From Malacoraja senta (taxonomy: Eukaryota): a stretch of DNA of 64,000 bases. The notes below the pieces were generated by a model that was not told the DNA's origin, did no database searches, and saw nothing but the letters and a program-made list of their open reading frames with translations. The stretch is from assembly GCA_038087875.1 (NCBI GenBank), contig CM075997.1:5396001-5460000 (forward strand), given 5' to 3'. Shown here piece after piece: positions 36,296 through 48,342 of this stretch; the stretch's first letter is position 1; every line of letters begins with the position of its first letter. The position numbers and the translations under genes were made by a program.

Positions 36296-36900
36296 CCCTG
36301 GATTCGGAATGGTGTTCAGCCAAAAGCTGACGAACACCACCTATAAGTGTGACTTCCCTGCTGGGGGTGTGGGATTGTGGAAATTACTTTTGTATTCATG
36401 TATCCTTTCCCGCGATGTGTGGAATGCAATATTTATCATTTTCTTCATGCGTGGGGTGAAGAAGAAGCTGCCTTTAAAATGAAACAGATTTCTCTTTAAA
36501 GTTGATCCAACATTTCACAAAATTGCATCCAACAAAGCAAATCAGTACACGGGCATTGTACACCTGTCATTAATAAAAGGGCTCGAAATAGAATATGAAT
36601 TCCATGTTGGAAACCTATATGCCTCAGATATGTCGGTTCACTTAAGAGCCACAGCTGCAGTTTGATAACAATCAATTAATTAATAAGGACATTGGCCGTG
36701 ATTTGACTCCATTAACAGGCAGATTAAATGTGGAGGAAGGAACTGCAGATGCTGGTTTAAACCGAAGATGGACACAGAAAGCTGGAGTAACTCAGTGGGA
36801 CGGGCACCATCTCTGGAGAGAAGGAATGGGTGACGTTTTGGGTCGAGACCCTTCTTCAGACTGAAAGTCGTGGGAAAGGGAAATGAGAGATACAGAAGGT

Positions 36901-37055
36901 CTTCTTCCTTATTCTTCTTCTTCTTCTTCTTCTCTTGCCCAATCTAAAGTTGTAGGACAACATGTTCTATTTGATCTTATTTGATTGTGCATGCCAGGTT
37001 GATTGCATTAGTTGAAACAGGGCGGACCACGTGAAGGCTGCAATCTCCCACCCCC
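36901..37055 (-). mobile_element. Short non-autonomous retroelement (ribozyme head, (GAA)n tail), copy 2
   Basis: Reverse complement of 20934-21045; TSD TA(C/T)AGAAGGT at 36891 and 37056. Confidence 0.85.
37001..37054 (-). ncRNA. Predicted minimal HDV-like ribozyme, copy 2
   Basis: GGGGUGG GA GAUUGCA GCC UUCACGU GGU CCGCCCU GUUUCAA CUAA UGCAAUC: all helices and the catalytic-position C retained. Confidence 0.75.
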
Positions 37056-37641
37056 TATAGAAGGTGATGTAGAGAGATAAAAACAATGAATGAAAGATAT
37101 GCAAGAAAGTACACGTCACCCATTCCTTCTCCCCAGAGATGCTGCCTGCCCTGCTGAGTTACTCCAGCTTTTTGTGTCTATTAACAGGCAGATTGTCACA
37201 GCACAGTGCAGAACAACTCAGGAACAAAGCTCCTTGGTACAGAATGTCCGTGCTGAAAATGAATACGTATAGAAGTTGGGAGGTCATGTTGCAGTTGTAT
37301 AAGTGTTTGGTGAGGCCACATTCGGAGTATTGTGTTCAGATCTGGGCACCATGTTGTAGGAAAGATGTTGTCAAGCTGGAAAGGTTACAGAGAAGATTTA
37401 CGAGGATGTTGCCAGGACTAGAGGGTCTGAGCTTTCGGCAGAGGTTGAGTAGGCTGGGACCGGTATTCATATCCCTCCATTCCCTACATATCCATGTGCC
37501 TACCTACATCCCTCTTAAACACCACTATCGTATCTGCCTCCACCACCACCCCTGGCAGTGCGTTCCAGGCATCCACCACCCTCCGTGTCAAAAGCCTGCC
37601 TGGCAGACAGTATTTCCTATGTTTCTATGTTTCTATGTGAA

Positions 37642-37991
37642 GGGCGGCATGGTGGCGCAGCGGTAGAGTTGCTGCCTTACAGCGGCAGTAGACCTGGGTT
37701 CAATCCTGACCGTGTGGGTTTTCTCCGAGATCTCCGGTTTCCTCCCACACTCCAAAGACATACAGATTTGTAGGTTCACAAAAATGCTGGAGAAACTCAG
37801 CGGGTGCAGCAGCATCTATGGAGCGAAGGAAATAGGTAACGTTTCGGGCTGAAACCCTTCTTCAGACTTGTAGGTTAATTGGCTTGTTATAAGTGAAATT
37901 GTCCCCAGTGTGCGTAGGATAGTGTTAATGTGCGGGGACGGACTCAATGGGGTGTTTTCACACTGTATCTCTACACTAAACTAAACTAAAC
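37642..37991 (+). mobile_element. V-SINE with nested Penelope-derived fragment (~37777-37867)
   Basis: TTGTAGGTT duplicated around the insert. Confidence 0.75.
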
Positions 37992-38027
37992 TCATTGGGT
38001 ATTTTTAAGGCAGCGTTGACAGATACT

Positions 38028-38755
38028 TGTGTAGGATGGAACTCCAGAATTTGGTTTACATCGATGATAGACACAAAATGGTGGAGTACCTCAGCACGAC
38101 AGGCAGCATCTCTAGAGAGACGGAATGGGTGATGTTTATAGTCGAGACCCTTCTTCAGACTGACAGTCAGGGGAGAGGGAGTCTGGAGATATGGAAGGGG
38201 AACTGTGAAAACGGCAGATCAAAGCAGGCGATGATAAGGAAATGTAGAATGCTCAGCTGATGGGAGGGTGACATTGAGGCATACGATCAATAAAATTAAT
38301 GGTGGACTAGTGGAGGACTAGTGACAGGAGTTGGAGGACTAGGGTGGGGGAGGGATGGAAAGAGAGGGAAAGCCAGGGTTCTTGAAGTTGGAGAAATCAA
38401 GTCAAGTCAAGTCACATTTATTTATATAGCACATTTAAAAACCAACTCTCGTTGGCCAAAGTGTTTTACATTTGTTATAAGAATAATATAAACAAACAAA
38501 CTACATACATATATACATATAGCCCTCGCTCAGAGGACGTCAAGAAAGGCTTGGGAGTATAGATAAGTTTTTAGTCTTGACTTAAAGGAGTCGATGGAGG
38601 GGGCAGTTCTGATGGGAAGGGGGATGCTGTTCCACAGTCTAGGAGCTGCAACCGCAAAGGCGCGGTCGCCCCTGAGCTTATGCCTAGACCGCAGGATATT
38701 CAATATTCATACTGCTGGGTTGTAAGCTGCCAAAGCAAAGTATGAGGTGCTGTTA
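38028..38755 (-). mobile_element. Penelope-like 3' fragment split by an L2 insertion
   Basis: Minus strand FGSLQPSSMNI...DFSNFKN remnant and terminal hammerhead-like repeat. Confidence 0.65.
38398..38695 (-). mobile_element. L2-clade LINE 3' end
   Basis: GDRAFAVAAPRLWNSIP...SFKSRLKT motif; tail GTGCTATATAAATAAATGTGACTTGACTTG. Confidence 0.8.
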
Positions 38756-38759
38756 TCAC

Positions 38760-39214
38760 TGTAGCGGCAGATTTTTATATCGTTCACTAAGTGGATTACA
38801 TGATTAAGGAGAATGTCGTTAGACACATGTGAGCTTTCTGTCAGAGCTTCTTCACAGATAAATCTTCATAACACAGTCTTTTGATTAATAGATTCTTTAT
38901 TGTTGATGAGAAACAATAAGGTACATCCAAACATCTTCCGACTCATACACTATAATCTTCATCGAACTCCAGCTTATCGCTTTAAAGGTTAGAAAACTCC
39001 TTGTGTCTCCATTACACTTCACATGGTCAAAGGGTCAGACTTCCTCATGCAAGTCCCAAACTAAACTAAAACCTAAGCTTCTGCGCAAGAAACCTAGCTC
39101 CAAACACACCCTAAAATACGTCATGAATCCCACCCACAGAATAACTGGCAGCCTAAAGTATAAAGACACATGCCATAATTAATGACACACAAAACAAGCC
39201 AAACGGCCACTACA
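38760..39214 (-). mobile_element. Probable solo LTR
   Basis: TGTAGCGGC...GCCACTACA inverted ends (TG...CA), 5-bp flanks ATCAC/ACCAC, AATAAA on minus strand ~38900. Confidence 0.65.
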
Positions 39215-40167
39215 ACCACCTCTGTTTGACGAAGGGTCTCGACCTGAAACGTCACCTATTACTTTTCTCCAGACCCGCCTGACCCGCTGCGTTACTCCAA
39301 TATTTTGTTTGTATCCACCTATCACTCACCAGCTCTTCCCCCCCCCCCCCCCTCTGCCTCGTTATACTAACTACCCCGCCTCATGTCTTTCAGTCTTGAT
39401 GAAGGCTCCAGAATGTTCCAGCAGCGATTGTCCATTTCTGTCCGCAGATGCTGCCTGGAGCATTGAATTCCCCAGAAGATTTTCTTTCGTTCCAGATTCC
39501 AATATCCGGAGTCTCTTGTGCCTTCACTAAAAAGTTTCATTGTAAGCAGCTTACTGATTAACTTTCATGTTATAATTAAAACATAGAACAGTGCAGCCCA
39601 GGAACAGGCCCTTCGGCCCGCAATGTCTGTGCTATACTGTCCCGGTGCAACTAATCTCCTCTGCCTGCACGTGATCCATATCCCTCCATTCCCTGCATAT
39701 CCATGTCGATCCAACACCCCTTTCATATCTGCTGAAACTTTGCTGCTTCATCTGCTTGGATAAATTGAATATAATTCAACATTTGCACTGTTTTACCTGT
39801 TTTCACCTTAGCCACTATTGGCAAGTGTATAGACTCATACAGCACAGAAACAGGCCCTTCCACCCAACTTGTCCACGCCCATCGAAGTGTTTGGTCCTCA
39901 TCCCTCTGAATCTTCTCTGTCCATGTACCTGTTCAAATGTCTCTTAAACATTGTAATTGGATTTGCCTCAAGCACTTTCTCTGGCAGCTTGTTGCAGCTT
40001 GACAGAGGGGAAGTAGCTGTTCCTGAGTCTGGTGGCACGCGTTTTCACGATTCTGTGCCTTCTGCCAAATGGGAGCAGGAAGAAGAAGGAATGATCGGGG
40101 TGGGAAAGGTCCTTGATTATGTCCGCTGCTTTCCCGAGACACCGTGAAGTGTGGAAGGTCAATGCTG

Positions 40168-40635
40168 AGTTTAGTTTAGTTTAGAGATACAGTGCGGAAA
40201 CAGGCCCTTTGGCCCACCAAGTCCGCACCGACCAGCGCTCCCCACACATTAACACTATCCTACACTAGGGACAATTTTTACATTTATACCAAGCCAATTA
40301 ACTTACAAACCTGTACGTCTTTGGAGTGTGGGATGAAATCAAAGTTTAGTTTAGTTTAGAGATACAGCATTGAAATAGGTCCTTCGGCCTACTGAGTCTG
40401 CAGCGACCAGTGATCCCCACACATTAACACTATCCTACACATACTAGGGACAGTTTACACTTTAACCAAGGCAACTAACCTACAAACCTGCATGGCCTTG
40501 GCGTGTGGGAGGAAACCAAAGAAATCAAAGAAAACCCATGGGGTCACGGGGAGAACTTTCAAACTCCGTACAGGCAGCACCATAGCCAGGATTGAACCTG
40601 GGGCTCTGGGGATGTAAGGCAGCAACTCTACCACT
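40168..40635 (-). mobile_element. Two tandem V-SINEs
   Basis: Two SINE tails (~40168 and ~40343) and one head (~40635). Confidence 0.8.
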
Positions 40636-41223
40636 CTTAATGCTGGGGAGTTTGGTTTGTGTGATGGACTGGGCTACATCCACAACTGTCTGCCATGAAC
40701 AGCTATCTGCAATGATGTGTAGGAAGAAACTGCAGATGCTGGTTTCAATCGAAGATAGACACTAAATGCTGGTGTAACTCAACGGGATGTACAGGTGTGG
40801 ATGCTGTAGCTGTGTATATAGTGGAGCACATTCACCTGAGCAGGCTGGAATGGAGGATGCAAAAGGCAAACATGAATCTCAAAAATCAAGAACCACTTCA
40901 CAAACCATCACGGGTTCTGACCTCCCCACCGTCGAAGGGGTCTACAGGAGCTGCTGCCTCAACAAGGCATCATCAGAGACCCACACCACCCTGGCCACGC
41001 TCTCATCTCACCCCTGCCATCGGGAAGAAGGTACAGGAGCCTGAAAACTGTAATGTCCAGGTTCAGGAACAGCTTCTTCCCGACAGCCATCAGGCTATTA
41101 AACACAACAACCTCACATAAGCTCTGAACTACCTAGACTTGGGGGCAGTGCTTTTGTCTTTATGCTATTATTATTTTTTTATTTAATACTGAACTTTTTC
41201 CTTGCTGTATCTCTAAAGTCTAA

Positions 41224-41662
41224 AATTCCTCCCAATTCCTCCGTCTACGCCGCATCTGCACCCAGGATGAGGTGTTCCACACCAGGGCATCGGAGATGTC
41301 CTCATTCTTCAGGAACGGGGGTTCCCCTCTTCTACCATAGATGAGGCTCTCACCAGGGTCTCTTCTGTACCCTGTGACACTACTCTCACTCCCCATTTCC
41401 CCACTCGTAACCAGGGCAGAGTCCCCCTAGTCCTCACCTTCCACCCTACCAGCTGTCACATACAACAAATAATCCTCCGTCATTTTCGCCACCTCCAACG
41501 TGACCCCACCACTTGCCGAATCTTCCCATCTTCTTCCCTGTCTGCTTTCCGCAGAGACCGCTCCCTCCGTAACTCCCTGGTCAATTTGTCCCTTCCCACC
41601 CGAACCACCACCCTCTCCGGGCACTTTCCCTTGCAACCGCAAGAAATGCTACACTTGTCGCT
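41224..41662 (+). mobile_element. Penelope-like element coding fragment (RT C-terminus and Cys linker)
   Basis: FLRLRRIC...RVPLVLTFHPTS...AFRRDRSLRNSLV...GTFPCNRKKCYTC. Confidence 0.8.
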
Positions 41663-41665
41663 TAA

Positions 41666-41865
41666 NNNNNNNNNNNNNNNNNNNNNNNNNNNNNNNNNNN
41701 NNNNNNNNNNNNNNNNNNNNNNNNNNNNNNNNNNNNNNNNNNNNNNNNNNNNNNNNNNNNNNNNNNNNNNNNNNNNNNNNNNNNNNNNNNNNNNNNNNNN
41801 NNNNNNNNNNNNNNNNNNNNNNNNNNNNNNNNNNNNNNNNNNNNNNNNNNNNNNNNNNNNNNNNN
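41666..41865. other. Assembly gap (200 N)
   Basis: Run of N. Confidence 1.
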
Positions 41866-42540
41866 CCAAGCCACGTTTAATAGCCTGATGGCTGTGGGGA
41901 AGTAGCTATTCCTGAACCTGGTCGTTGGAGTCTTCAGGCTCCTGTACCTTCTATCTGAAGGTAGTAGGGAGATGAGTGTGTGGCCAGGATGGTGTGGGTC
42001 CTTGATGATACTGCCAGCCTTTTTGAGGCAGCGACTGCGATAAATCCCCTCGATGGAAGGGAGGTCAGAGCCAATGATGGACTGGGTAGTGTTTACTACA
42101 TTTTGTAGTCTTTTCCTCTCCAGGGCGCTCAAGTTGCCGAACCAAGCCACGATGCAACCGGTCAGCATGCTCTCTACTGTGCACCTGTAGAAGTTAGAGA
42201 GAGTCCTCCTTGACAAACCGACTCTCCGTAATCTTCTCAGGAAGTAGAGGCGCTGATGTGCTTTCTTAATAATTGCATCAGTGTTCTGGGACCAGGAAAG
42301 ATCTTCAGAGATGTGCACGCCCAGGAATTTGAAGCTCTTGACCCTTTCAACCATCGACCGTTGATATAAACGGGACTGTGGGTCCCCATCCTACTCCTTC
42401 CAAAGTCAACAATCAGTTCCTTGGTTTTGCTGGTGTTGAGGGCCAGGTTATTGTGCTGGCACCATATGGACAGTTGCTCGATCTCTCTTCTATACTCTGA
42501 CTCATCCCCATCAGTGATACGTCCCACAACAGTGGTGTCG
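41866..42540 (-). mobile_element. Rex/Babar-like LINE RT C-terminal fragment
   Basis: DTTVVGRITDGDESEYR...LNTSKTKELIVDF...VKSFKFLGVHISEDLSW...FRNSYFPTAIRLLN. Confidence 0.9.
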
Positions 42541-42614
42541 TATCAGTCGCTGCACTTGTATCAACATCAAACAAAACTCAGTCTTTGTGTTTTGGGCAAC
42601 ACAGTGGCAAAGAG

Positions 42615-42990
42615 GTAGAGTTTCATGAGCGTTTGACAGCACTGGGCCTGTACTCACTGGAGGTTAGAAGAATGAGGAGGGACCTCATTGAAACGTACCA
42701 TATAGTGAAAGGCTTGGGTAGAGTGGATGTGGAGAGGATGTTTCCACTAGTGGAAGAGTCTAGGACTAGAGGTCATAACCTCAGAATTAAAGGACGTTTC
42801 TTTAGGAAGGAGATGAGGAGAAATATCTTTATTCGGAGGGTGGTGAATCTGTGGAATTCATTGTCACAGAAGGCTGTGGAGGCCGTCAGTTAATGCAGAG
42901 ATCGATAGATTCTTGATTAGTACGGGTGTCAGGGATTATGGGAAAGGCAGGAGAATGGGGTTAGGAGGGAGAGATAGATCAGCCATGATT
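42615..42990 (+). mobile_element. CR1 3' fragment
   Basis: ERLTALGLYSLEVRRMRRDLIETY. Confidence 0.85.
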
Positions 42991-43034
42991 GTATCTCTCA
43001 ACTAATCCATCACCGGGACAGTAAAATGGTTCAA

Positions 43035-43309
43035 GAAGGAACTGCAGATGCTGGAAGAAAACTGCAGATGCTAGCCAAAAAATGCTGGAGAAACTCAGCG
43101 GGGGAGGTAGCATCTAGGGAGAGAAGGAATAGGCGACGTTTCAGGTCGAGATCCTTCTTCAGACTGATGTCGGGGGGGGCGGGTAGAAAAAGATTCCCCG
43201 CCCCCGACATCAATCTGAAGAAGGGTCTCGACCCGAAACGTCGCCTATTCCTTCTCTCCATAGATGCTGCCTCACCCGCTGAGTTCCTCCAGCATTATTT
43301 GTCTACTTT
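43035..43309. mobile_element. Palindromic Penelope-derived element with TSD and intact hammerhead core (43215-43242)
   Basis: 16-bp direct repeat CAGTAAAATGGTTCAA at 43019 and 43310; CTGAAGAAGGGTCTCGACCCGAAACGTC. Confidence 0.8.
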
Positions 43310-44129
43310 CAGTAAAATGGTTCAATGGTTCATGGTTCAATGTTACTTCATTGTCAGACGTGAAATTCCTTGTTTTACATGCAATTCAGTAAAATCTTAC
43401 CGTGCATAAGCACAATCATACCTCACTCAGTACAATAGTGTAGGAACAGTAGATTGCACTGAGGCAATACACAAGAGTCATCATGTTTCCAGTGACACCT
43501 TGTATCCCTCAAGTTTCAAAGTTTGTGAACATGTAGACTTTTATCCTGGCCATTAAGGCCCGTTGTCATGCCGACGGCACTGGGTGGGTGTTGCGGGGGT
43601 CGGCCTGGCCTGGCAATGTTGTCGGTGTTGTCCACAGCTGCTCCCGCTCCGAGCCGCTGCAGGCCGCGCCCAGTTCGCGTGCTCCTCCTCTTGGAGCGGT
43701 GCCCGATCTACTCGAGCCCCAGGCTGTTGCAGGGCCTCCGGCAGCCCACTCCACGGGCACATCGACCCGCGGGTGTGCCGTCCCTTTCCTCCCACGGCCT
43801 CCGCCCTCACTCTGCACCAGAACACCCCCCCGCTGCCAACCTCAGAACCCTCAGAGCACCTGAGGTGGGCCCACACACCGCCCACTGACACAGTTCCTCT
43901 CCTCCAACTACCGCCACCATCTTGAAGATTTAGACTTTAGAAAAACAATGCAGAAACACACTCTTCGGCCCGAAGATCACCCCGAACACCAGATTCACTG
44001 TGATGGATGTTTGTGTAAACTGTGTTGTGTCTTGGTTCTTTTCACTTTTTTGTATGACTGCAGAAACCAAATTTCGTTTGAACTTAGGTTCAAATGACAA
44101 CAAATAAATTGTATCATTGTATCACTGTA

Positions 44130-44349
44130 TCTATCCTACACACGCTAGGGACAATTTACTATTTTTTACCAAAGCCAATTAACCTACAAACCTTGGGAGT
44201 GAGCATGGAAAGTGGAGCACCCAGAGAAAACTCACGCTGTCACGGGGAGAACGTGCCAACTCCATACAGACAGCACCCATATTCAGGATCGAACCCGGAC
44301 CTCTGGCGCTGTAAGGGAGAAACTCTACCACTGCGCCACTGTGCCGCCC
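44130..44349 (-). mobile_element. V-SINE (tail missing)
   Basis: Reverse-complement SINE head and core. Confidence 0.75.
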
Positions 44350-44414
44350 TTAATCTTGAAGAATAATAGATCAGTTAGAGAACATCATTCATGTTGGACT
44401 CAACCATTTGATAG

Positions 44415-44648
44415 TGAGTAACTCAGCGGGACAGGCAGCATCTCTGGAGAGAAGGAGTGGGTGACGTTACGGGTCGAGACCCTTCGTCAGAAAGAATGGG
44501 TGATGTCTTGAAGACGTGTCTGAAGAAGGGTCTCAACCCGAAACGTCACCCATTCCTTCTCTCCAGAGATGCTGCCTGTCCGCTGAGTTACTCCAGCATT
44601 TTGTGTCTTTCTTGGGTGTAAACCAGCATCTGCAGTTCCTTCGTACAC
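44415..44648. mobile_element. Palindromic Penelope-derived element
   Basis: Inverted arms; CTGAAGAAGGGTCTCAACCCGAAACGTC at 44520. Confidence 0.75.
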
Positions 44649-45853
44649 ATTTGAACAGTAAGTGCTGGAGCACATTTATAGGGCATGCAGGTGGACAACT
44701 AACAAATCCAAGCAATCCAAAAATGTGGAAGTAATGTATCGAAGAGATGAGGAAAGCTATTCATGTTTAAAGCTGCTAAATTGCCACAATTTGAATCTTC
44801 GTTCATCAGATCATAATTTATTTACATTGCAGAACTTCTTAAACCCATGACTTTAAAGGATGTTTGTTTTTTTAAGCAAGGAATGTAAATTCCTGACATT
44901 AGCATTGCCAGATGTCTGGGTTTGGAACCTAGAGCGAACATTTCAAAATGTCGAACTTTAGAGTTGAGCCACAGCCGGCATGAGGCATCCCGATCCTGCT
45001 GGGACTTTGGCCGTTCCCAGTTACTCCACTCATTCTCTGCAACGTCCCAGCCAACTTTGGATCAGCTTCATATTATCGTCCAAGACACAGAACAAAACCA
45101 CTCCACGCAGGCTCCAGTGAAGAAAGTGAACGTTTAACTTGGGGAACCGGTCCAGGATGATGCATTTTGAAGTCAGAAACACTAGAGAGGAAAGGGTGAC
45201 ATCGAAGGTCATAGTCGTTGGACGTAAGAGTTTCTTAACACTTACTATCAATCGCCAGCAGTTGATGATGACTATAATTTCGTAAGTGTATAAAATTATG
45301 AGAGGCATAGACAGGGTAGTCACTCAGTCTTTTTCCCCTATATGGAAATGTCAAAGATGAGATGGGCCCAGCACTGAACCCTGAGGCACACCACTCATCA
45401 CAGGCCTCCAGCCTGAAAAACAACCTTCCACCATCACCCTCTGCTTCCATCCATGAAGCCAATTTCATGGAGCCTTCAGGCAGGCTCCGTTGCCACGGCA
45501 ACTTGGGAAGGCCTCTGCTGCACGGCACCTCTCCGTCCACCAGTTCAGTTTAGATTATTGTCACGTCCAGTGAGCGGAAAGACAATACATGATTATAATG
45601 GAGCCATTTACAGTGTATGGATACATGATAAGGGAATAACATTTAGTGCAAGGTAAAGCCAGCAAAGTCTGAGCAAAGATAGTCCAAGGCTCCCTAATGA
45701 GGTAGATAGTAGTTCAGGACTGCTCTCTAGTTGTGGTAGGATGATTCAGTTGCCTGACAACAGCTGGGAAGAAACTGTCTCTGAATCTGGAGGTGTGCGT
45801 TTTTACACCAGCATTTCCTGAGCGGCCTTCCCAGTCCTTCCTTCATCTGCTAT

Positions 45854-46145
45854 TTAGTTTAGTTTAGTTTAGAGAAACAGGCCTTTTGGCCCACCAAGAC
45901 CGCGCGGACCAGCGATCCCCCGCACATTAACACCATCCCACACACACTGGGGACAATTTACACATACACCAAACCAATTAACCTACAAACCCGTACGTAT
46001 TTGGAGTGTGGGAGGAAACCGTAACATCTCGGAGAAAGCCCGCGCATGTCACGGGGAGAACGTACAAACTCCATACAGACTGCCCCCATAGTCAAGATCG
46101 AACCCGGGTCTCTGGTGCTGTAAGGCAGCAACTCTACCGCTGCAC
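45854..46145 (-). mobile_element. V-SINE
   Basis: Reverse-complement SINE consensus. Confidence 0.85.
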
Positions 46146-46149
46146 CCTT

Positions 46150-47565
46150 TCTGAAAAGATTTAAGGTGGATAAATCCCCAGTGCTTGATGGGATCTATCC
46201 CAGGCAAGGGACAAGGAAGGGACAGAGGCAAAGGTGGAGATCGCTGCGGCCACGATGAAGATCTTTGTATCCTCTAGCCACAGGAGGGATCCTGGAGAAC
46301 TGGAAAATTGCCAATGTTGTTCCTTTGTCTTTGAAGGGAAATCAGGATATTCTCAGCAATCATGGTCCATGAGCCCCAGAGAAGCTATTGGAGAGGATTC
46401 TTTGGGATAGGATTTTTCACATTTGGAATTGAATGGGATAATTAGCGGCAGTTACCATGGCTTTGTACATCACATGTCATGTCTTACTACCATGACTGAG
46501 TTTTTTGAGAAGGTGATATAGATGATCGATGAGGGTAGGAAGTGGATGCTGTGTACATGGACTTTAGTAAGACATTTGACAAGGTTCCTCAAGGTAGGCT
46601 GATCCATAAGTTTAAGATGCATGGCATACCTGGTGACTTGGTAGTTTTGTATTCAGGACTGGCTCCACCCTAGAAGACAATGGTGGGAGAGTCTAGGACT
46701 AGAGGTGATAGCCTCAGAATCAAAGGATGTTCTATTAGGAAGGAGATGAGAAGAAACGTATTTAGTCAGAGGGTGGTGAATCTGTGGAATACTTTGCCAC
46801 AGAAGGCTGTGAATATTTTTTAGGCAGAGATAGATAGATTCTAGATTAGTACTGGTGTCAGAGGTTATGGGGAGAAGGCAGGAGAATGGGGTTAGGAAGG
46901 GGAGATAGATCAGCCATGATTGAATGGCGGAGTAGACTTGATGGGCCGAATGGCCTAATTCTGCTCCTATCACATGACGTTTTGACAGAGAATAGTGGTG
47001 GAAGGGTGCTATTCTGGCTGGAGGCCTGTAACTGCAGGGAACTGTACTGGAGCCTCTGTTCTTTGTAATAGACTGTATATATCAATGGCTTGCACGAAAA
47101 TGTAGATGGTTAGTTCGTAAGTTTGCACAAATAAAAGTGGGTAGAGTTGTGGGCAGTGAAGAAGGCTGTTAGATGATGCAGCAGGATATAGATCAGTTAC
47201 AGATGAAGCCATAGAGTCACAGAGTGATACAGTGTGGAAACAGGCCCTTCGGCCCAACTTGCCCACACCGGCCAACATGTCCCAGCTACACTAGTCCCAC
47301 TTGCCTGGGCTTGGTCCATTTACCTCCAAACCTGTCCTATCCATGGACCTGTCCAACTGTTTCTTAAACGCTGTAATAGTCCCAGCATCAACTACCTCCT
47401 CTGGCAGCTCGTTCCATACACCCACCACCCTTTGTGTGAAAAAGTTACCTCTCAGATTCCTATGAAATCTTTTCTCCTTCACCTTGAACGTATGTCCTCT
47501 GGTCCTCAATTCCCCTACTCTGGGCAAGAGATTCTGAGCATCTACACGATCTATTCCTCTCATGA
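46150..47565. mobile_element. Old CR1 RT remnant (plus) with younger CR1 3' ends nested
   Basis: DKSPVLDGIYPR, DAVYMDFSKTFDKVP remnants; RTRGHTFKVK...FFTQRVVGVWNELP on minus. Confidence 0.7.
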
Positions 47566-48342
47566 TTACCTCTCAGATGACTTTGCAAGGACCTTGATCC
47601 TCACCAAAAGCATTGAACTCCAGACATGAGGTTAGTGGGACAATCCTGCACTTTCTTTCCCCAGGATGGAAATATCAAAGACTAGAGGGCATAGGTTTAA
47701 TGTGAGAGGGGCAAAGATTAAAGGAGATGTGTGGGGAAGGGTTTTTTACACAGAGGGTGGTGGGTGCCTGGAACGCACTGCCAGGGTCGATGGTGGAGGC
47801 AGATATGAAAGTTGTATTTAAAAGGCTTTTGGATATGCACATGGATAGGCAGGGAATGGAGGGATAGAAACATAGAAAATAGGTGCAGGAGTAGGCCATT
47901 CGGCCCTTCATGCCAGCACCACTATTCAGTGTGAAAAAGTTACCCCTAAGATTCCTATTAAATCTTTTCCCCTTCACCTTAAACCGATGTCCTCTGTCCT
48001 CGATTCCCCTACTCTGGGCAAGAGATATGGGTAGCTAAAGGCCAGATTCACCAATGTGGGAGGTGAAAGGGACAAAGTTCAAAGGGGATGTGTGGGGTAA
48101 GATTTTTTACACAGAGGTGGGACTCACTGCCAGCGGTGTTGGTGGAGGCGGATACAAGTGATATTTAAGAGGCTTTTGGGTAGACATATTGATATGCAGG
48201 AATTGGAGGGATGTAGATGATGTGCAGGCAGAAGGAATTAGTATATCTTGGCATCATGTTGGGCATGGGCATTGTGGGCTGAAGGGCCTGTTACTGTGCT
48301 GTTCTATGTTCCTTCATTGTCACTGGATGCCAGTTTTAGAAG

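Larger units (their letters stand above)
36726..37179. mobile_element. Penelope-derived inverted element with TSD, hosting ribozyme element copy 2
   Basis: 15-bp direct repeat ATTAACAGGCAGATT at 36711 and 37180. Confidence 0.8.

Noticed and set aside
41480..41888. ORFs containing X runs
   Set aside because: Artefacts of the 200-N gap
44912..45223. Possible Ig-like phase-1 exon between CCAG and GTAAGA
   Set aside because: Every plus frame has stops (four in the phase-compatible frame) and no convincing Ig motif
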